64,000 nt of DNA from an uncultured bacterium. GTDB lineage: Bacteria; Hydrothermota; UBA3072. A model generated the notes under the pieces. The model saw nothing but the letters and a program-made list of their open reading frames with translations. It ran no database searches and was not told the origin of the DNA. The DNA lies in the NCBI GenBank assembly GCA_964418485.1, contig CAYQMH010000001.1:29237-93236 (forward strand). Direction: 5' to 3'. Below, piece by piece: positions 10,373-20,304 of the stretch. The position numbers and the translations under genes were made by a program. Position 1 is the first letter of the stretch, and every line of letters begins with the position of its first letter.

Positions 10373-10792
10373 ATGAATAAAAAAGCGACTTTGATTGTTC
10401 ATAGCGGAGATTTAGATAAGGTTTATAGCGCTTTTATTATTGGTCTGGGTGCTCTTTCTATGGGTATGGATGTTTCCATGTATTTTACTTTCTGGGGTCT
10501 CGAACGCCTTAAAAAGGGAAATCTGGATAAAGCTCCGCTTTCAAGAATGAATATGTTTGGACTCGGCAGATGGATGATAAGGCGAAAGATGAGGCGGGCA
10601 GGCGTGGCTTCTCTTGATGAAATGCTCAAAGACTTTGTTGAGCTCGGAGGAAAAATACTTGCCTGTGATATGACAATGGAGATAATGGGCGTAAACAAGG
10701 AAAATTTAAGGGATGATGTAATAAGTAATTATTGCGGTGTGGGAACTTATATAAAAGAAGCAATGGAGTCCGATGTAACTTTGTTTATTTAG
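10373..10792 (+). CDS. DsrE/DsrF-like sulfur-relay family protein
   Basis: The 139-aa ORF lies immediately downstream of tusA. It has the size and hydrophobic core pattern of the DsrE/DsrF-like family, and the TusA-DsrE pairing is common. Confidence 0.55.
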   Translation: MNKKATLIVHSGDLDKVYSAFIIGLGALSMGMDVSMYFTFWGLERLKKGNLDKAPLSRMNMFGLGRWMIRRKMRRAGVASLDEMLKDFVELGGKILACDMTMEIMGVNKENLRDDVISNYCGVGTYIKEAMESDVTLFI

Positions 10793-10806
10793 AGAGGTGA
10801 TTAAAT

Positions 10807-11982
10807 ATGGATAAAAAGACGATATATTTCGACAATGCCGCATCCAGCAGGATGGATGAAAGAGTACTGGAAGCAATGAAGCCATATTTTTTTGATGTTT
10901 ATGCTGTCGCAACTTCCGAATTCGGATATTCTCTTGGAATTGAGGCAAGGGAAGCTTTAGATTCCGCGAGATTAAAAATACTTTCAGCTCTGGGGAATCC
11001 CGAAGGAAAGTTGATTTTTACTTCAGGGAGTACGGAATCGAGTAATATTGCTATTAAAGGAGTAGTCAGGAAGCTGTCAGGTAAAAAAGGAAAACACATA
11101 ATTGTATCTAAAATCGAGGATTTTCCCGTTTTGAATAGCGCAAAGTCTCTCGAAAGGGAAGGATTTAAAGTTACTTATCTAGCTGTAGACAAGTATGGCC
11201 TTGTTGATCCAGAAGAGCTTAAAGATTTGATAACAGAGGATACTATATTGGTCTCGATTCAGCACGCGAATCAGGAAATAGGAACGATTCAGGATATAAA
11301 AACAATTGGTGAAATATGCAGCAAAAATAATGTAATTTTTCATTCTGACGCTACACATTCTTTTATGAGAGTTCCTCTCGATTTGAACAAGTTAGGTGTG
11401 GATTTGCTGACGATATCCGCTCATACAATACATGGCCCCAAGGGTATTGGCGCTCTTTACGTAAGAGAAGGAGTTCCAGTAGCGAAATGGATCGACGGTG
11501 GATTTCAGGAGTTTGATTTGAGGGCCGGCGTTGAGAACATTCCCGGAGCAGTTGGTTTCGCTAAAGCAGTCGAGCTGGTAGTAGAAGAAGAAAACGAAAC
11601 ACTTAAAAATTTGCGGGACTATCTTATAGAAAAAGTCCAAAAAGAGATACCCGATACTATCTTAAATGGTCATCCTGAGAAAAGAATTCCCCATAATGCC
11701 AATATAACTTTTCACTATGTCGAAGGAGAATCCATTACACTTCATCTCGATATGAAGGGTTTTGCCGTTAGTACAGGTTCTGCATGTTTCAGTAAGTCTC
11801 TCGAGGCAAGCTATGTTATATTGGGTATAGGAGGCGACCATGAGAGAGCCCACGGCTCTGTTCGCTTTAGTTTCGGAAGATATAATAAAAAAGAAGATGT
11901 AGATGATATAGTAGAGGCTCTTAAGAATATAGTAAAACAGTTGAGAGTAATTAGCCCTCTTAAAGGAGAGAAAGTGAGGTAA
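10807..11982 (+). CDS. IscS/NifS-like class V aminotransferase (cysteine desulfurase homologue) lacking the PLP-binding lysine (HTIHGPKG instead of HKIYGPKG)
   Basis: The 391-aa ORF has an IscS fold throughout. The active-site Cys loop is present (STGSACFS). The Schiff-base Lys position is encoded by the codon aca (Thr) at 11425-11427. Confidence 0.85.
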   Translation: MDKKTIYFDNAASSRMDERVLEAMKPYFFDVYAVATSEFGYSLGIEAREALDSARLKILSALGNPEGKLIFTSGSTESSNIAIKGVVRKLSGKKGKHIIVSKIEDFPVLNSAKSLEREGFKVTYLAVDKYGLVDPEELKDLITEDTILVSIQHANQEIGTIQDIKTIGEICSKNNVIFHSDATHSFMRVPLDLNKLGVDLLTISAHTIHGPKGIGALYVREGVPVAKWIDGGFQEFDLRAGVENIPGAVGFAKAVELVVEEENETLKNLRDYLIEKVQKEIPDTILNGHPEKRIPHNANITFHYVEGESITLHLDMKGFAVSTGSACFSKSLEASYVILGIGGDHERAHGSVRFSFGRYNKKEDVDDIVEALKNIVKQLRVISPLKGEKVR

Positions 11983-11984
11983 AG

Positions 11985-12620
11985 ATGAAATTCCCATACA
12001 GTGAAAAAGTTCTTGAGCATTTTAGAAACCCAAGAAATGTTGGGAACATTGAGAACGCGGACGGAAAATCCACCGAAGGCAGTCCCGCGTGCGGGGATAT
12101 GGTTTCCGTTTATATCAAAGTGGATGAAGAAACAAAAAAGATAGAAGATATAAAATTTGAATCGTACGGTTGTGCTTCAAATATAGCTACCGGATCTATA
12201 ATAACGGAATTGGCAAAAGGTAAAACTCTCGAAGAAGCTAAAAAAATAGACTGGAAAGAGGCTTCGGATGCTCTTGGGGGACTGCCAAAAATAAAAACTC
12301 ATTGCTCCGTGCTCGCAGTAGATGGTCTGCGGGCTGCGATTACCAATTACGAGGAAAAACACGGTCTTGTTAAAGAAAAAGTCCCAACGACGAAAGAGAT
12401 CGTGCTGAAGAGACTAAGACACGTTATGAATCCCCTGGCAGGGCTCGACCTCGTAAGAACTAATTTGATAGATAGCGTTAAGGTGGAAAATGGAACTATA
12501 GAGGTATCGGTAAGTCTTCCCGAGGATCATCAATTTGCGAATAACATCAGGGAAGAAATATTAGAAAAACTTGAAAATCTTTGGGATGTTGATAAAGTTG
12601 TTGTTATATTTACTGTTTAG
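11985..12620 (+). CDS. IscU/NifU-type Fe-S scaffold fused to a C-terminal DUF59 (MIP18/SufT-like) domain
   Basis: The N-terminal ~125 aa carry IscU motifs (PACGD...YGCASN...HCS). The C-terminal ~80 aa are DUF59-like (RHVMNPLAGLDLVRTNLI). Confidence 0.8.
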   Translation: MKFPYSEKVLEHFRNPRNVGNIENADGKSTEGSPACGDMVSVYIKVDEETKKIEDIKFESYGCASNIATGSIITELAKGKTLEEAKKIDWKEASDALGGLPKIKTHCSVLAVDGLRAAITNYEEKHGLVKEKVPTTKEIVLKRLRHVMNPLAGLDLVRTNLIDSVKVENGTIEVSVSLPEDHQFANNIREEILEKLENLWDVDKVVVIFTV

Positions 12621-12641
12621 AAAAACAAAAAAGGAGTAAAA

Positions 12642-12890
12642 ATGTTGAAAGAGAAAAAAGAAAGTAAAATGAAAGAAAAAGTTGAAGAAGCTATAAAAGA
12701 TATTAAGCCATCTTTACGGGCTGACGGAGGAGATGTTGAACTCCTCGAAGTCACAGAGGAAGGAATAGTGAAGGTCAGGCTGATGGGAGCTTGCTCGGGA
12801 TGTATGATGTCTCAAGTAACTTTGAAGTCCGGGATAGAAAATTACCTGAAGCAGCAAGTTCCTGAAGTTAAAGAAGTGGTTGCTGTTTGA
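12642..12890 (+). CDS. Nfu/NifU C-terminal-domain Fe-S carrier protein
   Basis: The 82-aa ORF carries GACSGC (CxxC) in a NifU_C-like context. Confidence 0.7.
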   Translation: MLKEKKESKMKEKVEEAIKDIKPSLRADGGDVELLEVTEEGIVKVRLMGACSGCMMSQVTLKSGIENYLKQQVPEVKEVVAV

Positions 12891-12949
12891 TAGTAGCGGG
12901 TAATGGTTAGGATTAAAAGAGTAAATAAGAAAACGGAGGTTTTTAGGTG

Positions 12950-13360
12950 ATGAAATTTTCAACGAAAACGAGATATGGGATGAGGGCGATGATCGAACTT
13001 GCTAATTGTTATAAAGATAAACCGATTCTTTTAAAGGAAATTGCCGAACGGTTAGAAGTTTCCATGAAATATCTTGACCATATTGTTTCTTCTTTGAAAG
13101 CAAGAGGTTTAATAGTCAGAGTGAAAGAGGGTTATATCCTTGGCAGAGCTCCCGAAGAGATAAATTGTGGTGAGATAGTGGATGTGCTCGAGGGTTCTTT
13201 AAATCCCGTAGTTTGTATAGATTCACCGTCGTTTTGTGAGAAGTACAGGGAATGTAAAGCAAAAAAGGTGTGGGGAAAAGTCGGGGCTTCTATAAAGGAA
13301 ACATTAGAATCCTTTACACTAGATAATTTAATAAATTATAAGGCGGCAAAGCCGCTGTAA
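12950..13360 (+). CDS. Rrf2-family transcriptional regulator (IscR-like)
   Basis: It begins KFSTKTRYGMRAMIELA with an HTH region, as in Rrf2/IscR proteins. C-terminal Cys residues are available for a cluster. Confidence 0.8.
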   Translation: MKFSTKTRYGMRAMIELANCYKDKPILLKEIAERLEVSMKYLDHIVSSLKARGLIVRVKEGYILGRAPEEINCGEIVDVLEGSLNPVVCIDSPSFCEKYRECKAKKVWGKVGASIKETLESFTLDNLINYKAAKPL

Positions 13361-13363
13361 GGA

Positions 13364-13654
13364 GTGAAAATGGATGTAAAGCATGTCGAAGGAGAAAAAA
13401 AGGGTAAAATAATGCTCTATGCGATATCCACCTGTGTCTGGTGTAAGAAAACGAAAAAACTACTTAATAGCCTCAATGTAGATTATTACTATGTAGATGT
13501 CGACCTTCTGGAAGAAACTGAAAGGGAAGAGGTTGAGAAAGAAGTTATGAAGTGGAATCCTTCATGTTCTTTTCCTACTCTTGTTATAAATGATAGAGAA
13601 TCGGTAAGTGGTTATGACGAGGAAGAAATAAGGAGTAAAATTAAAAATGAATGA
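13364..13654 (+). CDS. Glutaredoxin-like / thioredoxin-fold protein (CVWC active site)
   Basis: The 96-aa ORF has a CxxC motif (STCVWCKK) in a Trx fold. Confidence 0.6.
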   Translation: MKMDVKHVEGEKKGKIMLYAISTCVWCKKTKKLLNSLNVDYYYVDVDLLEETEREEVEKEVMKWNPSCSFPTLVINDRESVSGYDEEEIRSKIKNE

Positions 13655-14165
13655 AAGTGATATTCCATCAGAGCAAATAGACAATCTATATAAAAAACTC
13701 GATTCTGAAGCAGAAAGTTCAGGATACCACCTTAATCCAGATGAGGAATTCACAAAAGAACTGGTGGAGGGTTTGCTTATAAACGAAAAGAGATACGGAT
13801 ACTGGGCATGCCCGTGCAGACTTGCATCTATGGTAAAGGAAAAAGATCTCGATATAATATGCCCCTGCGATTACAGGGATCCGGATTTAAATGATTATGA
13901 TACATGTTATTGCGGGCTTTACGTCTCTCAGGCGGTTGTAGACGGAGAAAGAGAGGTAAAGAAAATACCGGAGAGAAGGCTTCCGAAAGAGGAAAGAGAA
14001 AAAATGAAGAAGGAATCCGGAAATAAATCAGTTGGAATATCGAAGCTGTCGAAACCAGTATGGCGTTGTAAAGTGTGCGGATATCTTTGCGGACGGGACG
14101 AGCCTCCGGGAGTATGTCCTATATGTAAAGCTAAAAAAGAACGTTTCGAGAAATTTTTGGAATGA
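13647..14165 (+). CDS. Ferredoxin:thioredoxin reductase catalytic-subunit-like protein fused to a C-terminal rubredoxin-like domain
   Basis: SSGYHLNPD...CPCR...CPC...CYC matches the FtrC signature. The C-terminal CKVCGY...CPICK is rubredoxin-like. Confidence 0.7.
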   Translation: MNESDIPSEQIDNLYKKLDSEAESSGYHLNPDEEFTKELVEGLLINEKRYGYWACPCRLASMVKEKDLDIICPCDYRDPDLNDYDTCYCGLYVSQAVVDGEREVKKIPERRLPKEEREKMKKESGNKSVGISKLSKPVWRCKVCGYLCGRDEPPGVCPICKAKKERFEKFLE

Positions 14166-14251
14166 AAAAGCAGATTGGACGCAGATGAACGCAGATAAAA
14201 AAGTAAAAAAGCAAATGAATTTTTTATAGAGGTTTGAGAAGGAAGGGAAAA

Positions 14252-15961
14252 ATGAAAATCTTAAAAGGCATAAGCGCAAACACCGGTTTAGCTAAAGGTG
14301 TTGCTGCTGTTTACAGTGAGGAAGTAGAAGAAAATATTCCTCATTATATGATCGAAGAAGAAACAATAGACAGGGAAATTACCCGTCTAAAAGAAGCTTA
14401 CGGTAAGACTAAAGAGGCAATAGAACAGATGTTGAAAGTTTCCGAGGAAATATTCGGTAAAACGGGTGAAGATATATTCGCAGCGCATAGTACTATTTTG
14501 GAAGATGAAGCATTGTTCGAGGAAATTGTTTCTCTTATAAAGAAGAGACTTATTAACGCGGAGCATGCTGTCAATGATGTTTTTGATGCTTACCGGGAGA
14601 AATTCAAACAAAAGAATTTCCAACTTTCGGAATTGACCCATGATATTATGGATGTTAGAAATAGGATTCTTTCATCTTTCGATGGTCTTACAGGGCGTTT
14701 CGAATGTAGTTTAAATGAGAGGCAACCTGTGATTGTTGTTTCCAGATCTTTAAGTCCTTCAATGGTCCTAAATATAGCCCGGAGTGATATGCTTGCTTTT
14801 GTGAGCGAAGAAGGAGGTTTTACATCACACGCGACTATACTGGCTCAGAATTTTGGCGTACCTATTGTGTTTGGAGTAGATGCCTTAGAAAATATCGAGT
14901 GCGGTGACAAAGTTATTGTAGATGCTTCGCTTGGGAAAGTCATAGTAAACCCGGATAAGGAAACAGAAAAATATTATGATAAAAAGATAAAAGAAGCAGA
15001 GAAACGTAAGCGGTTTTGTATTGTTAAAGAAGGAGAACCTACCCGGACAAAAAGGGGTCTGCGGCTTAATTTAAAAGCCAACATTAGCCTTCAAGCGGAA
15101 ATAAAATTGCTTGAGGGGCTGAATTATGATGGAGTTGGACTCCTTAGGTCGGAATTTCTCTTTGCAAACCGACATAGAGCGCCGTCCGAAGAAGATTGGT
15201 TCAGGGTTTATAAAAATATTGCTGAAACTGCAAAAGATAAGAGTGTTAATATAAGGTTGTTGGATATTAGTACAGATAAGATGCCGACATATTTACATCT
15301 GCCTCCTGGAGAAAATTTTGATCTTGGAATACGCGGAGCAAGAGCTATAGATGTTTTCTATTATGCCTATTTAGATCAGATAAAAGCAATACTTCGAGCA
15401 TCGGTTTACGGAAATTTAAGATTCCTGTATCCTATGATATCCGATATATCCGATATAGAATCATTCAGAGAGATAAGAAAAAAAGCAGAAGCTATTTTGC
15501 AGGAAGAGAAAAAGAAATATGGTAAATATATAAAGGAAGGAATAATGATAGAGACTCCTGCAGCGGCAGTTATGTCGGGGACTCTTATGGAATACGTCGA
15601 TTTCGCAAATATTGGTTCTAATGATCTGCTCCAATATACACTTGCTGCATCGAGGGGAAATCAAATAATTGAAAAAAAATATCATATTCTTCATCCTTCT
15701 CTTGTTCGTCTTATGGAGATCATTGTTAAAGAAACCCGAAAATACAAAAAAGAGATATGCCTATGCGGAGAAATTGCCAGTTTTGAAGAATTCTATCCTC
15801 TGTTTTTAAGCATCGGCATTAACAGTTTCAGCGTGGAAGCGTCGAAGCTTAGCGATATAAAATGTAACTTATTACACCTTGAGAAACCCGATAAATCATA
15901 CCTGGAGAAATTTTACGAAAATCTTGAGAAAGATGATATCGAGAAGTTTCTCAGAGGTTAA
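14252..15961 (+). CDS. ptsI: Phosphoenolpyruvate-protein phosphotransferase (PTS enzyme I)
   Basis: The 570-aa ORF has the EI N-terminus MKILKGISANTGLAKG, phosphohistidine region GGFTSHATILAQNFGVPIV, and C-terminal IGSNDLLQYTLAASRGN. RBS aggaaggg precedes the ATG at 14252. Confidence 0.85.
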   Translation: MKILKGISANTGLAKGVAAVYSEEVEENIPHYMIEEETIDREITRLKEAYGKTKEAIEQMLKVSEEIFGKTGEDIFAAHSTILEDEALFEEIVSLIKKRLINAEHAVNDVFDAYREKFKQKNFQLSELTHDIMDVRNRILSSFDGLTGRFECSLNERQPVIVVSRSLSPSMVLNIARSDMLAFVSEEGGFTSHATILAQNFGVPIVFGVDALENIECGDKVIVDASLGKVIVNPDKETEKYYDKKIKEAEKRKRFCIVKEGEPTRTKRGLRLNLKANISLQAEIKLLEGLNYDGVGLLRSEFLFANRHRAPSEEDWFRVYKNIAETAKDKSVNIRLLDISTDKMPTYLHLPPGENFDLGIRGARAIDVFYYAYLDQIKAILRASVYGNLRFLYPMISDISDIESFREIRKKAEAILQEEKKKYGKYIKEGIMIETPAAAVMSGTLMEYVDFANIGSNDLLQYTLAASRGNQIIEKKYHILHPSLVRLMEIIVKETRKYKKEICLCGEIASFEEFYPLFLSIGINSFSVEASKLSDIKCNLLHLEKPDKSYLEKFYENLEKDDIEKFLRG

Positions 15962-16019
15962 ATTCATACATTGGCTATTTAAGATGTAGTGGGGTTTTGT
16001 TGTTCGATTTTTTTTGCGA

Positions 16020-16052
16020 AAAAAAAGCGGAGAAATTCTCCGCTTTTTTTAT
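16020..16052. terminator. Bidirectional rho-independent terminator
   Basis: aaaaaaaagcggagaaattctccgcttttttt lies between convergent ptsI and the 16079..18055 gene. Confidence 0.7.
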
Positions 16053-16078
16053 TCGAAAGTCGTTATTTCTCTTTTTCT

Positions 16079-18055
16079 TTAGTTTATCAAGATTATCTTT
16101 ATCTTTTCGTCGATTTCCTGTCCTTGCATTACAACAAAGTAGATATCGCTCGCGAGTTTCAAATTCTTCAGCGACAAAGGATGGTACCCGCGTTCCACGA
16201 TTCCGTTAAGAAGTGTTCCCGCTTCCCTTCCTAATTTGTCGTATACCTTTACCGTTATTTCGCCTTTTTTTGCCACCTCGCAAAGAATCTCTCCGCTTCC
16301 GAAGCTCGCGCTTATACCGGAAACAGAAGGGGCTTCCGCGATGCCTCCTTCTGCTACGACTTCGATGTCAACCGTAGCGCTAAGTGTATCGACGAGATTT
16401 TCGGATACCCACATTACCTCTACCGTAACGGTTTCCTCGGTACTTCCCGCGGTAAACTCTGTGTACACTTCACCTTCACTGTCTGTTACACCGCTTGTGG
16501 GATTTACCGAACCATCTCCGATTATAACATCAAAGCTAAGCTCTTCGCCCGCGAGACCAGCCCCTTCTTTTTCAAGATATGCTCTCAATTCTAAAGTCTC
16601 ACCGAAGCTGATTGTGTCACTATCGGAAAATAAGGAAAGTCCGTCGGCGCTTATCCAGTTGCTTCTGTCGAACCATGCCATCTGTTCGGGCCAGTTGACG
16701 TATAGTATGCCGTATATTCCGTCCGCTATCCTTTCGATGCAGGGCTTTACGTTCGCGCGCGGGACGTTATCGGCAAAAGAATCCGGCGTAGTCCATGAGC
16801 TTAAATTATAACTTCTATGCCTGTAAATACCTTCGGCGAATGTACCTGTCGTTTGATATACTGCTCCGAATCCGTCTCCTCCTCTTGCCGTGACGTCATT
16901 TACTAAGCTCTGAATATCGGACCCAGACAATATAGTTCCCACGGCCCAATTGGTTCCACTGTTACTGGTAATATAATATCTTACATCATAGGTGGGTGAA
17001 TTATAGAAGGGATAAACGATCATGACGGTATCCCCGTAGGCACCTATGGATGTCACATAGTCGGCGTTAGTGCCGAGAACCGAACTAGTCGGATAAACGG
17101 TCCAACTTGACCAACCGCCAATAAAATAAAGCTCGTTGTCTGTTCCGATATACGAAGCCCACATTTTGTTTGGATATGCGCAGCAGGCGTCGAGTCCTCT
17201 ATCCGCGTCTGCCACAGGAGGATTGAAAGCAGTCCAGGATACTGCCAATGTGTCGTCATTATTATAATATAGTCTCAGAGAATCGTTTTGCATAATGGCG
17301 AAGTAAAACAGATATTGGGGAGTAGGATGGGCGTCATTGCTGGTCAGCGATATCTCTCTTAAGCCGGATGTTTCGTTGATTATCGTTTGATAGCTATATA
17401 CCCCATCGCTGCTGCCGTCGCTTGTGAAAAATCTTCTTATGCGGCCGACATTATTAGGTGTGTTATATGTATAAGCCAGGTAAAAGCGGTTTTTTAAAAC
17501 GGCACCGTCTATATCTATCAAATAATTGGGATTCGTAGTCCAAACATATGTCTCTGCCCAGGTTTTTCCCGTGTCGAGTGATATGTTCACAGTGAATTTA
17601 TAATTTGACGGTCCATTCCTGTGAAGAAGAGCGGCAAGCAGATGTCCGTTGGAATTGTCCACGTCGAAATCAATATCCACGATCGAGTCTACAGTACCGA
17701 CTCGAGCATCCCCCGCCCACCTTAAGGATATTTTTACCGGGTTTTTCCATTGTATGCCTATAGCTGCGTTGTCTAATTCGGGTGAAGTTTTCAGCAACTC
17801 TATCGCTTCCTCGTGGTTTCCACTGTTCCATGTTTCTTCTATGCGGTTGGCTTGTAACAGGTTTTCTCCGTCGCATTCGATATCAATAATGGCGTTTGAT
17901 TTTTCGTAAGTGGTTAAATTTTCGAGTGTTAGTGAGAGGGGCGAACTTTCAGTTGGAATTATAGCCGGAATGTCATAATTTCCTTGGTTATCAGTTGATG
18001 CCAATACTGCAAAGGAGAACAGCAAACATGCAAAAAAAACCGGTAACTTTTTCAT
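16079..18055 (-). CDS. Secreted BNR/Asp-box repeat protein with Ig-like (Big) domain and T9SS-type C-terminal sorting domain
   Basis: It has a signal peptide MKKLPVFFACLLFSFAVLAS and Asp-box motifs (SLDTGKTW, NSGTNWAV). A Big-like segment precedes a C-terminal ~80-aa Por-secretion-tail-like end (...SDIYFVVMQGQEIDEKIKIILIN). Confidence 0.6.
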   Translation of the reverse strand: MKKLPVFFACLLFSFAVLASTDNQGNYDIPAIIPTESSPLSLTLENLTTYEKSNAIIDIECDGENLLQANRIEETWNSGNHEEAIELLKTSPELDNAAIGIQWKNPVKISLRWAGDARVGTVDSIVDIDFDVDNSNGHLLAALLHRNGPSNYKFTVNISLDTGKTWAETYVWTTNPNYLIDIDGAVLKNRFYLAYTYNTPNNVGRIRRFFTSDGSSDGVYSYQTIINETSGLREISLTSNDAHPTPQYLFYFAIMQNDSLRLYYNNDDTLAVSWTAFNPPVADADRGLDACCAYPNKMWASYIGTDNELYFIGGWSSWTVYPTSSVLGTNADYVTSIGAYGDTVMIVYPFYNSPTYDVRYYITSNSGTNWAVGTILSGSDIQSLVNDVTARGGDGFGAVYQTTGTFAEGIYRHRSYNLSSWTTPDSFADNVPRANVKPCIERIADGIYGILYVNWPEQMAWFDRSNWISADGLSLFSDSDTISFGETLELRAYLEKEGAGLAGEELSFDVIIGDGSVNPTSGVTDSEGEVYTEFTAGSTEETVTVEVMWVSENLVDTLSATVDIEVVAEGGIAEAPSVSGISASFGSGEILCEVAKKGEITVKVYDKLGREAGTLLNGIVERGYHPLSLKNLKLASDIYFVVMQGQEIDEKIKIILIN

Positions 18056-18257
18056 AACGAACCTCCTTAACTGTTTATATTAAACAAATATAATTAAGAA
18101 GACATAGATGTCAAGGCAAACGTGTGTATTTCTAAATTTTAATTGACTGCCCTCCCAAAATTTTTTCGACAACACATTGAACCTTATTTGTTACAAGCAT
18201 TATAAAAGTTTTTTACGTGATATTACTGTTCGCCAGTATTTGTAGAGTCAGAGGGAT

Positions 18258-18462
18258 TACTGTTCGAGAAAGACGTGGTCAATTTCCAAAAGTAGAGGAA
18301 ATTGCCACTCGGCTCTCGGGCTTGTCCCGTGGAATAGAAAAACTATTCGTGAGGTAAGCTATTCCACGGGATGAACTCCTTTTGAAATGCAAGCATTTCA
18401 AAAGACCATGCCCGCTCACCCTCCGAGACGCTTTCCTGGACGGCAATCCCTCTGATTCTCGC
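18258..18462. repeat. Single copies of repeat units A (ctgttcgagaaagacgtggtcaatttcc) and B (ccatgcccgctc...cgagac...tcc) also found in tandem at 28018-28440
   Basis: There is a direct sequence match to the 28.0-28.4 kb array. The region also contains palindromes cccgtggaatag...ctattccacggg and ttttgaaatgcaagcatttcaaaa. Confidence 0.6.
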
Positions 18463-18600
18463 CGACTTAATTAATAAAAAAAATGGGGGGCAGGCAAATA
18501 AATTTTAAGTCTTGACAAGCTCGGGTTGATGTCTACACTTTATAATAGTTAAAGAAAGATTATTTTCGTTGCTTGTGCTTCGGATTTTAAAGGAGTGAAA

Positions 18601-20304
18601 ATGAAAGATATTTCAATTGTTTTGTGCGGTGAAGCCGGTCAGGGTATTCAAACTGTAGAGAAGATACTCGTTTCTGTACTTAAACGTTCAGGTTATTTTG
18701 TTTTTGCCGCGAGAGAGTTTATGTCCAGAATAAGAGGAGGAAGTAACTCTACCGAGATTAGAGTATCCGATAAGCCCGTTAATTCCTTTGTTGAAAAAAT
18801 AGATGTTTTGATTCCGCTGGACGGGAAAGCGGTCGACCATGTAAAGTGGAGAATAGGCGAGAATACGATAATACTCGGTAAAAAGGAATTTATACAAGGT
18901 AAATCTGGAAAGACATTTGAGGTTCCTTTTATCGAGTTGGCAAAAGAAGCAGGTAATAAGCTTTACGCGAATACCGTCACGGTGGGACTTCTTTCCGGTA
19001 TGCTCAGCGTAGATTTCTCGCATACGAAAGATTTTATAAGCGATTTTTTCAAGAAAAAGGGCAAGGAAATCATTAAGGGGAATGTCGAAGCTGCTAAAAA
19101 AGGCTATGAAATAGCAGAAAAACTGGTTAAAGAGAATAAGATTGACTTCAAGATAAAAAAGAATGAAAAGGCAAAGGATAATTCGCTTGTAAGCGGTACC
19201 GATCTGGTCTCCTTAGGGGCAATAGCTGGGGGGTGCAATTTTATTTCTTCCTATCCGATGTCTCCTTCGACCGGAGTCCTCACCTTTCTTTCATCCAAGC
19301 AGGAAGAGTTTGGGATAATAGCCGAACAGGCGGAAAGCGAGATATCCGCTATTAATATGGTGCTGGGAGCAAGTTACGCGGGAGCAAGAGGAATGGTAAC
19401 TACCTCAGGAGGCGGTTTTGCTTTGATGGTCGAGGGATTAAGTCTTGCCGGGATACTTGAAACTCCGGTAGTGATACATCTTGCGCAGAGACCGGGTCCG
19501 GCGACCGGTCTTCCTACGAGGAGTGAACAGGGTGATTTGCTTTTTGCCCTTTTTTCCGGGCATGGAGAATTTCCGAGGATAATTTTTGCTCCCGGCAAAA
19601 CGGAAGACATTTTTAATCTCAGCAGGATAGCTTTTGACCTGGCGGATAAGTTTCAAGTTCCGGTTATTATAATGACCGACCAGTATCTCCTTGATTCTTC
19701 TTTTTTAACTCCTTCGATCGATGTATCGAAGTATAAGAATAAAAAATACATAGTTAAAACGTATAAAGGTTATAAACGTTATAAGTTAACAAAGAACGGA
19801 ATAAGCCCCAGAGGTATTCCGGGTTACGGTAGGGGATTAGTGGTTGTGGATAGCGACGAGCACGACGAAGAAGGACATATAACCGAAGACCTCGATTTTA
19901 GAATAAAAATAGTGGATAAGAGACTTAAAAAAATGGATTTAATTAAGAAAGAGATAGAATCTCCGGAGTTAATCGGGAATAAAAATTATAAAACACTTGT
20001 GATAGGATGGGGCTCCACGTATTACGGAATAAGTGAAGCTTTAAAACGACTCGACGACAGAGATATCGCACTCCTGCATTACAGGCAGGTTTATCCCCTG
20101 CATCCTGATACTGAAAAATATCTTGCCAAGGCGAAAAAAACGATTATTGTCGAAAACAATGCCACCTCTCAGTTTGCCAGACTAATTAAGATGGAAACCG
20201 GAATACATATAGATAAATCGATATTAAAGTACAACGGGCTGCCTTTTGGTGTGGAGGAAATCGTGAAGGAAGTTCGAAAAATCGAGAAAAAGGAGGTTGG
20301 ATGA
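18601..20304 (+). CDS. 2-oxoacid:ferredoxin oxidoreductase, fused gamma-alpha subunit (two-subunit OFOR type)
   Basis: The N-terminus is gamma-domain-like ([15 protein letters not shown]), followed by an alpha domain ([16 protein letters not shown]). RBS aaaggag precedes the ATG at 18601. Confidence 0.85.
   Translation: MKDISIVLCGEAGQGIQTVEKILVSVLKRSGYFVFAAREFMSRIRGGSNSTEIRVSDKPVNSFVEKIDVLIPLDGKAVDHVKWRIGENTIILGKKEFIQGKSGKTFEVPFIELAKEAGNKLYANTVTVGLLSGMLSVDFSHTKDFISDFFKKKGKEIIKGNVEAAKKGYEIAEKLVKENKIDFKIKKNEKAKDNSLVSGTDLVSLGAIAGGCNFISSYPMSPSTGVLTFLSSKQEEFGIIAEQAESEISAINMVLGASYAGARGMVTTSGGGFALMVEGLSLAGILETPVVIHLAQRPGPATGLPTRSEQGDLLFALFSGHGEFPRIIFAPGKTEDIFNLSRIAFDLADKFQVPVIIMTDQYLLDSSFLTPSIDVSKYKNKKYIVKTYKGYKRYKLTKNGISPRGIPGYGRGLVVVDSDEHDEEGHITEDLDFRIKIVDKRLKKMDLIKKEIESPELIGNKNYKTLVIGWGSTYYGISEALKRLDDRDIALLHYRQVYPLHPDTEKYLAKAKKTIIVENNATSQFARLIKMETGIHIDKSILKYNGLPFGVEEIVKEVRKIEKKEVG

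Noticed and set aside
14252-15961. ptsI as part of a complete PTS locus
   Set aside because: No HPr or EII genes flank it within the window. Its partners may be elsewhere, so it is reported only as a stand-alone EI gene, not as a sugar PTS system.
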